A stretch of DNA of 64,000 nucleotides. It comes from Leucoraja ocellata (Eukaryota). Positions 13,311 through 24,492 of this stretch are shown here, piece by piece. Below the pieces are notes generated by a model that was not told where the DNA came from, did no database searches, and worked only from the letters and a program-made list of their open reading frames with translations. Made by a program: the position numbers and the translations under genes. Numbering within the stretch: the first letter of the stretch is position 1; each line of letters starts with the position of its first letter. The DNA lies in the NCBI GenBank assembly GCA_036785375.1, contig JAWMAR010000029.1:9920001-9984000 (forward strand), written 5' to 3'.

Positions 13311-13516
13311 AAGATAGACACAAGATGCTGGAGTAACTCAGCGGGACAGGCAGCATCTCTGGAGAAAAGGAATGGGTGATGTTTCGGGTCAAGTCCGTTC
13401 CACAGACCCGAAACATCACCCATTCTTTCTCTCCAGGGATGCTGCCTTCCCGCTGAGTTACTCCAGCATTTTGTGTCTATCTTCGATTTAAACCAGCATC
13501 TGCAGTTCCTTCCTAC
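13311..13516. mobile_element. self-inverted Penelope-derived short element
   Basis: Two head-to-head arms flanked by 16-bp TSD TCAGTAGGATTCACCA (13295-13310, 13517-13532). Confidence 0.8.
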
Positions 13517-14474
13517 TCAGTAGGATTCACCACGTCTCGAGGACATCCCACACAGACCATTGCCCGATGAACTTGTTCCACAAATGGTAGATCTTTCACA
13601 CATTTCTGGTTCCACACATTTCCTCTGTTTCCGCACACCCTATAAAACTGGTATATATCATCTCTTCCTTCTGCCAAATGTATAATTTCTCTCCATGAAA
13701 CTTAATCTGCCACTTGCGTGCCTATTCCATCCAGCCTTGCCCCTTTGATACATCATCCTCTTCATGGTTTACCAGACTTCCATCTGCAAATTTAGAAACT
13801 TTACCCTACATACCTTAACTAACTAATTACTATATATCAAAGTTGTAGTCCTAGAACAAACATTTGGGGAACACCAGATAATTGTGTACCATGACCCTCT
13901 GATGTTGAACCACCATTTTTTAACTCATGTTGCCAACGAACACTTCATTCCACAATTTGGACAATTAGTCTCTAATGTGGGTTATTTACACAAATGTTTT
14001 GCCCCACCATCCTTGGGTGATTTTCTTTGTTCCAATCTGGTCCTTTGCCAATTACTTTAAACCTACATTCCTGGTTTGAAATCCTCCTGGAAACATAACT
14101 GGATCCTCCCACAATCTCCACAGACTGGAAAACTGTCGCTATGAGAAGGCTCAGATCGGCTGAGGACGGAGGAGTCCGAGGAAAGACAATTCAGGTGAAT
14201 AAAATGTTGAGGACCTTGGATAGAGCAACTGGGCATTCACTGCAGACTCTTCCATGAAATTGCACATTCAAATGATACGAGCAGAACTGTCGATGTTGCT
14301 CAGGCTGTGGCCAAACTAGTGTACAGACTGGTGTTCCACCTTTACTTCCCTGCTAACATATTCAGTGCCTCTGCTTACAATAAATAGTCTCATTCTCACC
14401 TGACGTTGGTCATGTGCCTCCTTTATTTGTTTAATCCATTCTGTCAGTTACTTATCATCCAGACAGCATTTTTT

Positions 14475-14757
14475 TAGTTGAGAGATATGGTGCAGAAACA
14501 GGCCCTTCGCCCCATCAAGTCCATACTGACCAGTGATCACCCCATACACTAGCACTATCCTGCACACTAGGGACAATGTACAATTTTACCAAGCCAATTA
14601 GCCTACAAACCTGTACGTGTTTGGAGTGTAGGAGGAAACCAGAGCACCCGGAGAAAACCCACGCAGGTCACCAGGAGAATGTACAAACTCCATACAGACA
14701 GCACCCGTCGTCTGGATCAAACCCATGTCTCTGGCGCTGTAAGGCAGCAACTCTACC
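14475..14757 (-). mobile_element. tRNA-derived V-SINE/HE1-like SINE
   Basis: Reverse complement of the SINE at 21296, including the core GGGTTTTCTCCGGGTGCTC-GGTTTCCTCC. Confidence 0.8.
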
Positions 14758-15015
14758 TCTGACTTTGTTTTTCCTTCCATTCTACTCACGAGTATGTCAG
14801 TACATTTAATGAACCATTGCCCTAATCCTTAATCCCCTCTCAACTGCTTTTCTTCCATCATTCCTTGCCATTAGAAATCAGCTATTAGAAACAGTAGCCA
14901 AGAGTTCATGAATGTGATATGACATTCCCATTCAGCATTCTAGCAAATTATAGTGCAATTCAAGCAACAGCGAACATGGAACCTAAGGTCAGTGAAGCTG
15001 CACAAATACCCAGGG

Positions 15016-15161
15016 TCAGCATCCACAAGGGTCTTCCACACTGGTGTGCTCCTTGCACAATTTTTGTGGCTGAGGCGGCCCTCCACATTCCTGTTCTGGG
15101 TGGCGGATGGTGATGGTGTCTTCAGACAATGTAGGAAGTGCTGCTTGTGTTTTATCTGTCA
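15016..15161 (-). CDS. TNFRSF4/9/18-like receptor, exon 7 (cytoplasmic tail with TRAF-binding motif, stop)
   Basis: T-rich tract+CCCAG acceptor, phase 1. Encodes (V)TDKTQAALPTLSEDTITIRHPEQECGGPPQPQKLCKEHTSVEDPCGC*. PEQE fits the (P/S/A/T)x(Q/E)E TRAF2 motif. Confidence 0.8.
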
Positions 15162-15914
15162 CTGGGAAAGTTTAAAATAATAAGAAAATAACAGTAAATA
15201 ATGATTATCCATTCACTTCTTTCCCTTCCAAAATAACATTATGATCAGCTGCCAGGGCTCGGTGGTACTGATGCTCACAGGAGGCCAAAGGTTCTGGATT
15301 CAAGTTCCACTCCAGAGCAGTATGCATAGAATGGTCTTGATCTACACAGTGGCACGAAGAGGGAATGTGGTGGACAGGCAGGTGGAACACAGGACATTAA
15401 GAGTATTCCACTCATTCTGCTTAGGTAGTTTCTAACCGAATGGTATGAACAATTGAATTCTCCAATTTTACGTAACTACCCCTACCTTAAATATTTACAA
15501 TGATCTGGCCTCTACAACTCTGTGGGGAATTTCAAAGATTCAATACCCCTCAACTGGCCCCTCATCTTTTAATTATGCCCACTTTTTCAAGATTCTCCCT
15601 CATGAAAAACATCAACATCTAAGCTGCCATGCTTCATCTTCATTTTATATATCTTAATGTCACACCTCATTTTTCTAAACTGTGAGCAATACAGACCCAA
15701 ACTGTCTAACGTCTCTTGATAGGACCCATTTATTCCAGGAACAAACTGGGGAATCTCCCTATGTGCTACTACATTCTAGTAGCATTCTATTACAATGCCC
15801 CAACACTGAGTATCACATCATTGGCAAACTTAGAAAGCTTACAGTTTGGCCCCTTCTCCTGTTCAATGAAATAAATAGTAAATAACTGAAGACTGAGGCC
15901 TGGGGTCCTCTACA

Positions 15915-16250
15915 CAGCATCAGCAGAGGGTTGGTGGAGGGAGTTCACAGCACCAGAGAAGAGAGTGCACAGCAGCAGAAGAGGAGGGAGCACCCAGCAC
16001 GCAGGAGGAGAGGGAGAGTAAAGTGCAGAGGATAGAGTGTACAACATGTCGGACGATGAGAGAATGCAGAGCCGGAGGTGGAGGAAGCCATGACACCAGA
16101 GGAGCAGAGGGAGCACTCAATGCCAGAGTATAGGGAGCGCATAGCACTAGAGGAGGAGATGGAGTGCATAGCGGCAAAGGAGGCGGGAGTACACAGGGAA
16201 TGCATGGTGCCGCTGGAGGAGAGGAGGGCACAGCGCCATTGGAAAGGCAG
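15915..16250 (+). repeat. degenerate ~22-bp minisatellite, same family as 10540-12200
   Basis: Repeated GAGGAGAG(A/G)G(A/T)GCACAGC units in the last intron of the TNFR gene. Confidence 0.7.
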
Positions 16251-16976
16251 ACATAGATAGCACTGACACTTACATTCAAGATGTCTAAAACAGGGCCCCA
16301 CTCCCTACTTAATGGAAGCCAATGATGATGCTATTCATTAGTGTTAAGATGGGCATTTAACTAAAATATATTCAGTAGCCTGTAAACTAAGATACTGCCT
16401 ACATCTAATAACTTGAGAGAAAAAGATAGATCAGCCATGATTGAGTGGCAGCGTAGACTTCTGCGCTTATGATCATGAACTTATTATGAACTATTCTATA
16501 TTTGACTGATTGCTGCTTTCAGGGGTTCGGTAAACAGTGGGTGAAAGGAGCAGAACAATCAGAGGGCATCCATTGCAACCCCCCCGACATCCCAGACCAC
16601 TACAGTTCCCAGGTTTTCTGATCCAATCTGCTCCAGCCTGTCAAGTAGCACAACCTTGTGGAAACTAATAGAGGTTTCCCATCCTCAGAACAATATGTCC
16701 ACTGCCCCACGCCCCATGGAAGTTGGTCTCAAACTACATTACAGGCCCACGTGATAATGGGATATCTGGGTGTGCGCTCATCCACTTCTGCCTTCTGCAC
16801 CACTTCAGTCAGACCACAGGCTACAAATCAGTCAGTGCCAGTGATCATTGTTCTCCTGTTTCTCTGTCAAATGACTGAGAGAAGCCCCACCTGCCGTGTG
16901 CCCTCTCTTCACTGCAGCCAGGAGACCAGTTCCAGATTAAAAGGAAACTCGACAACCAAGTCATCATTTTATTTAC

Positions 16977-17102
16977 CTGGTAACAACACAAATTCTACCT
17001 TCCTTTTCCTCCTGCACTTGGCGATGTGCACTCCAACTGATAGACAGAGCAGGATGAGGCTGATGAAGACAATGATGCTCATTACAACTTCCAAAGTGAG
17101 AG
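16977..17102 (-). CDS. TNFRSF4/9/18-like receptor, exon 6 (transmembrane)
   Basis: 126-nt phase 1-1 exon encoding LTLEVVMSIIVFISLILLCLSVGVHIAKCRRKRKVEFVLLP: a hydrophobic helix followed by a basic stop-transfer segment. Confidence 0.85.
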
Positions 17103-17179
17103 CTGAATCGTTGGGCAGAGAAAAATCAATCAATTAGACATTTTGTTGAAAGTTTGCCACAGAAAGAAATTCACCCATG

Positions 17180-17530
17180 TCCTTGTAAGGGCTATCATGG
17201 TCGACGTGGATAGCACTGTCATTTGGAGTACTGTGTGCAGCTTTGGCCACCCATTTTAGGAATGGTGCGGAGGTTTTGATGATGGTGCAGAAGAGGTTTA
17301 CCAAAGTGCTGCCTGGATTAGAGGGTATTAGCTGCAAGGAGAGCTTGGACAAACTCGGATTGTTTCCTATGGAACGTTCGATACTGAGGGAAGACCTGAT
17401 AGAAGTATATACAATTATGAGAGGCACAGATACAGTAGGTAGTCAGAATCTGTTTCCCAGGGTGGAAATGTCAAATATTAAAGGCCCAGCTTTAAGGTGA
17501 AAGGTGCAAAGTTTAAAAGAGAAAGTTTGT
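17180..17530 (+). mobile_element. CR1/HER1 LINE fragment (RT C-terminus)
   Basis: Translates to VQKRFTKVLPGLEGISCKESLDKLGLF...REDLIEVYTIMRG, the CR1 C-terminal motif. Confidence 0.8.
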
Positions 17531-18183
17531 TCTTTTGTTTTTCCACATTCCAAATAAAAGTTTGTTTTTAAGTTGTAATTGGATGTATACATTCCTTTTC
17601 TCATCCTGCCTAAAGAGTGTTTTGTCAACTCCTGTAGTCAGCAGCCAAGAAAGAGCAAGTACACTCAGACTATTGACTCTGAGCGCTGTCTTGGAGAAAC
17701 GAGGGAAGTGCACAATAACCTTTGAGCTCTTTGCAGATCATTCTGTTCTGTCACATGATCGAATGGCAGAGTAGACTCGATGGGCCGAATGGCCTAATTC
17801 TGCTCCTATCTTGGTCGTATCTTAACCATGGATGAAAACCCGGGACTGTGGCACCAACCGGATGTTGAAGAACCAGGCAATCTAGGGTTACTCTGAGAGA
17901 AGTGTACTACTATATCATACTGTGAGACGTAATGATCAGCCATGATCTTACAGAATGTTGAAGCAAATGTGAGGTGAAATGGCCTACTGTTTCAGTTTCA
18001 TATTTTCTATAATGGGACTTTCTTAAACCACAGGCTGTAAAACAATTGCATACATCTCTCATTTCAAGTTTACTGCAGCATCAATTATGAGACACTTAGG
18101 AAAATAATAACCAAGAGCTGGTACTGACTTGAGCATGAAGACTGTTTAAATACACCAAATAAAATACCTGAGTCACCGCTTAC

Positions 18184-18278
18184 ATTTCTGCCTGATTTGT
18201 GTATGATGGATATAATCGCAGATGGCATCACTGGTTTGATTGGCAGGTACTATTTCGACTTGACCCAGACTGGTGCAA
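18184..18278 (-). CDS. TNFRSF4/9/18-like receptor, exon 5 (end of CRD4 + short stalk)
   Basis: 95-nt phase 2-1 exon with GTAAGC donor. Encodes CTSLGQVEIVPANQTSDAICDYIHHTQIRQK (compare OX40 CTLAG...PASNSSDAIC). Confidence 0.85.
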
Positions 18279-19466
18279 CTTGTAAAAGTACAGAGACAAC
18301 AGCATTACTGAGAAGATTGGGGGAAGTATTTACACAATGCAACAATAGACTCGAGCCAACCGTCTCCTTTCCCCGCTCATCCCCACCCCTCCCCGCACCC
18401 CAGAGTAACATGGCCACACTGAATCACCATTGTCTTATCCAAGTTCTCCTCTGAACCAAAGGCACAGGACACTGAAAACCCTATAGCCAAAGAGAGACTT
18501 GACCAGCTGGAGGGACTCAGCGGGTCAAGTAGGGAATTGGACAGTTCATGTTTCCAGTCAAGGTCCTTCACAGAGGCCAAAATAGTGGAGCAAGGTGTGG
18601 GACTGTAAGGGAGGAGGAATGCATATGGCCAGAGGAATCCTTTGCCCCATGGCTTTTATTCCTTGTTTCTTTGGAGTATAAGACACTGAGGGGTGACTGT
18701 ATTGAGGTGGATAAAATCATGAGGAACATGGATAAAGTGAACTCTCATAGACTTTTTTCCAGGGTAGAGGATTCTAAAACTAGAGAGCGTAGGCTTATGG
18801 CGAAAGAGGGGAGATTTAAGAGGGACCTCTGGGGCAACTTTTGCGCTAAAGATTGTCCGTGTCTGAACTAGCTGCCAGAGGAAGCTATTGTAGTGTCGCC
18901 TGCTGGCGCACGCAGGTGTCGAACCCGGCGTTCGGAAGCCGCAGTCACGTGACTCGGGAGGGGCTACTGTTTTCGCGCGGTTTCGCTTTAGCGCCACAGT
19001 TGTGTGGCTGACGTGTTTGTGAGGACCTGTAAACCAAAGAGTTATTTCTGAATTAAATAAGTTCACAAAAACATGGTTGGCGTTCTTACATCCGCCAAAC
19101 TATAGAAGCAGATAAATTACAACTGCAATGCCAATGGAGGGAAATAGAACTAGCTCAGCATGCAAACGTGGTCAGCATGAACAAGGTGGGACAACGCTCA
19201 TGACTCAATGACTGTGAATGTCCTGGAAATAATGAGTATTTGTTGCAATTTTGAGTAATCAAACAGAGCAGATGTGTCAGAGCAGGAAATTGCTGGGCTG
19301 AAGTTTGATTTAAATCAATTATGTGAAAAGGGAACATTAACGTGCATCCTGGATTCCAGGAAATTGCCAATGTTCACAATGTCCTCTTCTAGTGTCACTC
19401 AGCACATTTCTGGAAGTAATAGCAGAAGAGTCAAGGACAACCATTGAAGCAGATCTCCACCCTTAC

Positions 19467-19539
19467 TTGGTCCATAGTTGGCAGGGCCTGGTTCCTGTGG
19501 TGGAAAATGTCCCTGTTGAGCAAGGAATGCTTCCCACAC
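19467..19539 (-). CDS. TNFRSF4/9/18-like receptor, exon 4 (start of CRD4)
   Basis: 73-nt phase 1-2 exon, TGCAG acceptor, GTAAGG donor. Encodes GVGSIPCSTGTFSTTGTRPCQLWT(N); C-x2-WTNC is the signature of OX40/4-1BB/GITR. Confidence 0.88.
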
Positions 19540-19624
19540 CTGCAATAAAGGAGAGATTGGTCATGACATGAATGCCAATAGAACAAACATCATACAGCTA
19601 CCATATTATTAAACATACAGGAGA

Positions 19625-20066
19625 CTAGATAGACTTGGCTTGTAGTCGCTAGAATTTAGAAGATTGAGGGAAAATCTTATAGAAACTTACAAAATTCTTA
19701 AGGGGTCGGACAGGCTAGATGCAGGAAGATTATTCCCGATATTGGGGAAGTCCAGAACAAGGGGTCACAGTTTAAGGATAAGGGGGAAGTCTTTTAGGAC
19801 CGAGGTGAGAAAATTATTTTTTCCACAGAGAGTGGTGAATCTGTGGAATTCTCTGCCACAGAAGGTAGTAGAGGCCAGTTCATTGCCTATATTTAAGAGT
19901 GAGTTAGATGTGGCCCTTGTGGCTAAAAGGATCAGGGGGTATGGAGAGAAGGCAGGTACAGGATACTCAGTTGGATGATCAGCCATGATCATATTGAATG
20001 GCGGTGCAGGCTCGAAGGGCCGAATGGCCTACTCCTGCACCTATTTTCTATGTTTCTATGTTTCTA
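19625..20066 (+). mobile_element. young CR1/HER1 LINE 3' fragment
   Basis: Translates to LIETYKILKG...RTRGHSLRIRG...FPQRVVNLWNSLP; ends in a (TTTCTATG)n tail. Confidence 0.9.
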
Positions 20067-21155
20067 AGATGTGTAGGAAAGAATTGCAGATGCTGGTTTA
20101 AATTGGACACAAAATGCTAGAGTAACTCAGCGGGACAGGGAACATCTCTGAAGCGAAGGAATGGGTGACGTTTTAGGCCAAAACTTCTTCAGACTGATGT
20201 CAGGGGAGTGGGCGGGACAGAGATAGAATGTAGTCGGAGACAGTAAGACTGGTGGGAGAACTGGGATGGGGAGTGGATGGAGAGAGAGAGGGAAAGCTTT
20301 CCCTCTCCATCCCCTCCCCTTCACAGTTCTCCCACCAGTCTTACTGTCTCCGACTACATTCTACCTCTGTCCTGCCCACTCCCGACATCAACTCCTCAAG
20401 AGTTTTTAGTAGTAGAAAAAAAACAATGGTGTTAATGACGCTAAGATCCCAAAAAGAAAGATGGTGCAGGTAGACACAAAAAGCCAGAATAACCTGGGCA
20501 TCAGGCAGGACAGGCAGTATTTTTGGAGAGAAGGAATAGGTGACGTTTCGGGTCAAGACCCTTCTTCAGACTTCAGATGGTGGACGGTTTTGAGTCATCT
20601 TGTCATGGCCTTAATCGATCTGTTCATTCAATCGTGGCTGATCTATCTTTCCCTCTCAAATCCATTCTCCTGCCTTCTCCCCATAACCTGTGACACCCTT
20701 ATCAATCAAGAATCTGTCAATCTCTGCCATAGCAATATCTATTGACTTGGCCTCCACAGGCGTCTGTGGCAATGAATTCCACAGATTCACCACCCTCTGA
20801 CTAAAAAAAACAATCCTCATCACGTTTCTAAAAATACATATATTTATTCTGAGGATGTGGCCTCTGACTCTCCCTCTAGTGGAAACATCCTCTCAATATC
20901 CTCTCCACCCAGGCCTTTCACTATTCAATAGGTTTCTATGAGTGATTGCATTTTATATGTTTCCCCAGTTGTTGTGGCAGCCAGGTGGACAGGGGTGTCT
21001 TCCAGTTACACAGGCACCGCAGGCAGTTCATTTAATTGATTAGACAAGCGTTAAAATGATGATCAGAAGCACCATACTGACAGCCAGCACCCACCTTTCA
21101 ATCGATTGGTTTACATTGAGCACACAGTTGCTTGCAGGTCAGTAGGAACGTTTAC

Positions 21156-21260
21156 CTGGTAAGATGCAGCTTCTGCAGTTGCTGTCTTTGCAAACATAGC
21201 CGTCACTGCATTCACACTGGGCATTGGAGATGGACGTGCAATTTCTCTTATACTTCATCC
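21156..21260 (-). CDS. TNFRSF4/9/18-like receptor, exon 3 (end of CRD2 + truncated CRD3)
   Basis: 105-nt phase 1-1 exon encoding GMKYKRNCTSISNAQCECSDGYVCKDSNCRSCILP (compare 4-1BB CSSTSNAECDCTPGFHC). Confidence 0.88.
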
Positions 21261-21295
21261 CTGGTGCAAGAACAGAAGGTACTTTAGTACAAGAG

Positions 21296-21592
21296 TGGCG
21301 CGGTGGCGCAGCGCTAGAGTTGCTGCCTTAGACAAAGTCCCACAGACTCGGATTCGGTCCTGACTGCGGGTGCTGTCTGTACGGAGTTTGTATGCTCTCC
21401 CCGTGACCACGTGGGATTTCTCTGGGTGCCTCCGGTTTCCTCCAAAGACATACAGGTTTGTTGGTTAATTGGCAAGGTAAAATTGTAAATTGTCCCTACT
21501 GTGTAGAATAGTGCTTGTGTATGGGGATCGCTGGTCGGCATGGACTCGGTGGGCCGAAGGGCCTGGTTCCGCACTGTATCTCTAAACTCTTA
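21296..21592 (+). mobile_element. tRNA-derived V-SINE/HE1-like SINE
   Basis: Pol III A-box-like GGTGGCGCAGCG and B-box-like GATTCGGTCC, conserved central core, CR1-like tail GGGCCGAAGGGCCTG. Confidence 0.85.
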
Positions 21593-22471
21593 ACTAAACT
21601 CTCTAAATACAATAACCACAAAACAGAATTAAATCAACATCCATGGACATCAAAGCGAGATTGTGAGTGGTGGGGATGGAGTATGGGTTTGAACTCTGGG
21701 GGGTCATATTATCCAATTGGACTCAAGGCATAGTTAAATTTCCCTTCGTTGTCTGAAGTTGAGGTAGCGCTGATTTTCTGTCTCCAATGGCCATGTTCCT
21801 ATCCACCACTCTCAACCCGTAGTCCAGGCGGTTGCGGTGATTCTGTTTTTAGTAACGTCCTGTGATGCCGGTTGGTTGTTGACATCACTCAACCCACGGT
21901 GTCTGGGATTTGCTGCGCAACAGGGCTGGACAATCTACTCATCTCACCAGAATATTTTAGACAAATCATCATTTGCACTGCAATATCTAACCTAGGATGT
22001 CAAATTAAGCATCTGGAACTGTACTGTATCAGCCTTTAGTTAATAAGTTGTGGATTCAAAGCAATATTTGGACAGGTACATGGATAGGACAGGTTTAGAG
22101 GAATATGAGCCAAACGCAGGCAGGTGGGACTAGTGTAGATGGGAGATGTTTGGTTGGTGTGTACAATTTGGGCCGCACGTCCTGTTTCCATTCTGTATGA
22201 TACTATGATCCTATGTCTATCAGACATGTGAGCAGAAACTACAGACTGAGACAACAGTGTAATACTGAGGGAGAGTTGCACAGTCAGAGGGGTTTGTCCT
22301 TCAGTTGATACATTAAAACAAGTCCACTAGTATAATTTTAATAAAGAACTGTTATCTCCTTCAGCTGCTATCCTTAAAGCTTAAAAGGAGAGATCCTTTG
22401 TTAATGCGATTGCTTTGATAAGCATTGCATTGGCCTCTGATGACTTTATCCAATATCCTCACATATGATGT

Positions 22472-22651
22472 TCAAGAAGGAACTGCAGATGCTTGAAAAT
22501 CGAAGGTAGACAAAAATGCTGGAGAAACTCAGTGGGTGAGGCAGCAACAATGGAGCAAAGGAAATGGGCAACGTTTCGGTCTGAAGAAGGGTTTCGGCCC
22601 GAAACGTTGCCTATTTCCTTTGCTCCATAGATGCTGCCTCACCCGCTGAGG
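22472..22651. mobile_element. self-inverted Penelope-derived short element with hammerhead core (22581-22608)
   Basis: 16-bp TSD TCCTCACATATGATGT (22456-22471, 22652-22667). Confidence 0.8.
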
Positions 22652-22744
22652 TCCTCACATATGATGTCTCTGTTTATCAGGAGGTGTTACATTTGCATTA
22701 ACACACAGTGAGAACGTTGACAATTTGAGTAAATGTGACATTAC

Positions 22745-22870
22745 CGTATCCACACTCATCACAGCGGAAGCAGGAATAAATGTTGTTCCATTGCTCGGAA
22801 TATGATCCTTTTGGACATGTTGCACACGTGGAATCAGAGTGAGCAGTACATTCCTTTTCCAAATAGTTAC
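22745..22870 (-). CDS. TNFRSF4/9/18-like receptor, exon 2 (end of CRD1 / start of CRD2)
   Basis: 126-nt phase 1-1 exon, TTCCAG acceptor, GTAATG donor. Encodes GNYLEKECTAHSDSTCATCPKGSYSEQWNNIYSCFRCDECGY. Confidence 0.9.
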
Positions 22871-22893
22871 CTGGAAAATAAAAGAACCATTAA

Positions 22894-23478
22894 AGGGCCT
22901 GTCCCACTTGGACGACTTAATCCATGAGTTTAGAAGACCCTAAACGAGTTGAAAAAAATGTCAAGGTCGTGTTGACACGCTGAAGTAAAAGACCTCCTAC
23001 GACTATGTCTACGACCTCCTATGACTATGTGTACGACCTCTTACAACCTCCCTTGACCTCAGTCTTCTACACCTAAGACCAACTACGACTAGCTAAGAGT
23101 GGAAAATGATCACATGATAAAATGATGCCATGTTTGCATTTTTTTTCTCGGGCCAGTTACCGACCTACAACTACGTACGACTATCTACGACTATCTACGA
23201 CGACCTACGACTACCATCACGACCTACTACGACCTACCTACAAGTAAAAGGCATCAATTTCTTCCACGCCGACTTTTTTTTTACTCGTGGACATTTTTTA
23301 CCAGGCTGGAAAAACGCCTGGGACCTACTTGAGGCCACGAGTACGCGGAGACCACTCACGAGCATGAGGAAGAGTTACGAAGACCTCCTACGACCTCGTG
23401 GCGACCATGCTGCGAGTATGAGTCAAGGGCAAACTCGGCAGAGGTCGTCAATTAGGTCGTGAAAGTGGGACAGGGGCT
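22894..23478. mobile_element. PIF/Harbinger-type MITE
   Basis: TIR AGGGCCTGTCCCACTT / AAGTGGGACAGGGGCT, TAA on both flanks, internal ACGAC(C/T) repeats. Confidence 0.8.
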
Positions 23479-23581
23479 TAAGTAGCAATGCTACAGGCTG
23501 TGGGGGAAAAAACCTAGTTAACCTTTCAGGTTGAAGAGTCTTCACCATGATAGGTGAAATAAAATAATGTTGAGTTGCAGG

Positions 23582-23745
23582 NNNNNNNNNNNNNNNNNNN
23601 NNNNNNNNNNNNNNNNNNNNNNNNNNNNNNNNNNNNNNNNNNNNNNNNNNNNNNNNNNNNNNNNNNNNNNNNNNNNNNNNNNNNNNNNNNNNNNNNNNNN
23701 NNNNNNNNNNNNNNNNNNNNNNNNNNNNNNNNNNNNNNNNNNNNN
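23582..23745. other. assembly gap
   Basis: Run of N. Confidence 1.
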
Positions 23746-24492
23746 TCAGATATACACCTAGACACAGTGCACCTTGAACGAAATTTTGTTGCATTTTACT
23801 CTCCAAAATCAAGTAATAGTTAAAAGTTCTAGGTGCGTCCATAAAAATGCCTCATGCGCATGGTTCTGTAAAATAAATATATATAAAAAAGTTTTAAAAA
23901 AGTGTCGATATTTAAAAAGTTCTAGCCTCGGTTTTTATGGTTGTTCAGTAATCCTATGGCCTGGGGGATGAAGCTGTTGCAGAACCTGGTTGTCCCGCTC
24001 TTCATGCTGCGGTACCTCCTCCCAGAGTTAAGCAGTATGAACAGTCCAAATTGTGGGTGTGTGGGGGCTCTGGTAATGCCCTTAGCTCTAATAGTGGGTG
24101 AATGGGCACTGAAATGTGAGATGTTGCAAATAGCAGGATGTGTTAATGAAGTGCGAAGAAAAACTGAGGCGATATCATGGATGTGATAGCCAGTTCTGTA
24201 CGGACAGAGAAACAAACCAGTTGGAGTCCGAGCCTGAAATGAACTTTACCTGTTAACCTTCTTGCATGAAGGTAAATGCTGTTTAACCCACTGGTCTTTC
24301 CTCTCTTTTTGCTGTGCTCCCCATCTGACAATCTTGCAAGTAATGCAGGACATTGACTACTATATTTGCCCTCAGTTTCTCATCTGCCTCCTTATTGCCT
24401 CCTGACAATCCAGCTTTAAACCTCCAAAGTTGTACAGGTACTAGCAAATCTACCTCCCTGGACATAATCCCAACTATTGAGTTTCTTATTAC

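Noticed and set aside
21296-21370. tRNA-like sequence (also at 39665, 41779, 50118, 60128)
   Set aside because: These are SINE heads with A/B boxes; there is no complete cloverleaf and each continues into SINE core and tail.
22990-23420. Short repeated ACGAC(C/T) units suggesting a CRISPR-like array
   Set aside because: No constant repeat with unique spacers; the units are internal to a Harbinger MITE in eukaryotic DNA.
23423-23842. ORFs spanning N runs (also 47297-47802)
   Set aside because: Artefacts of assembly gaps.
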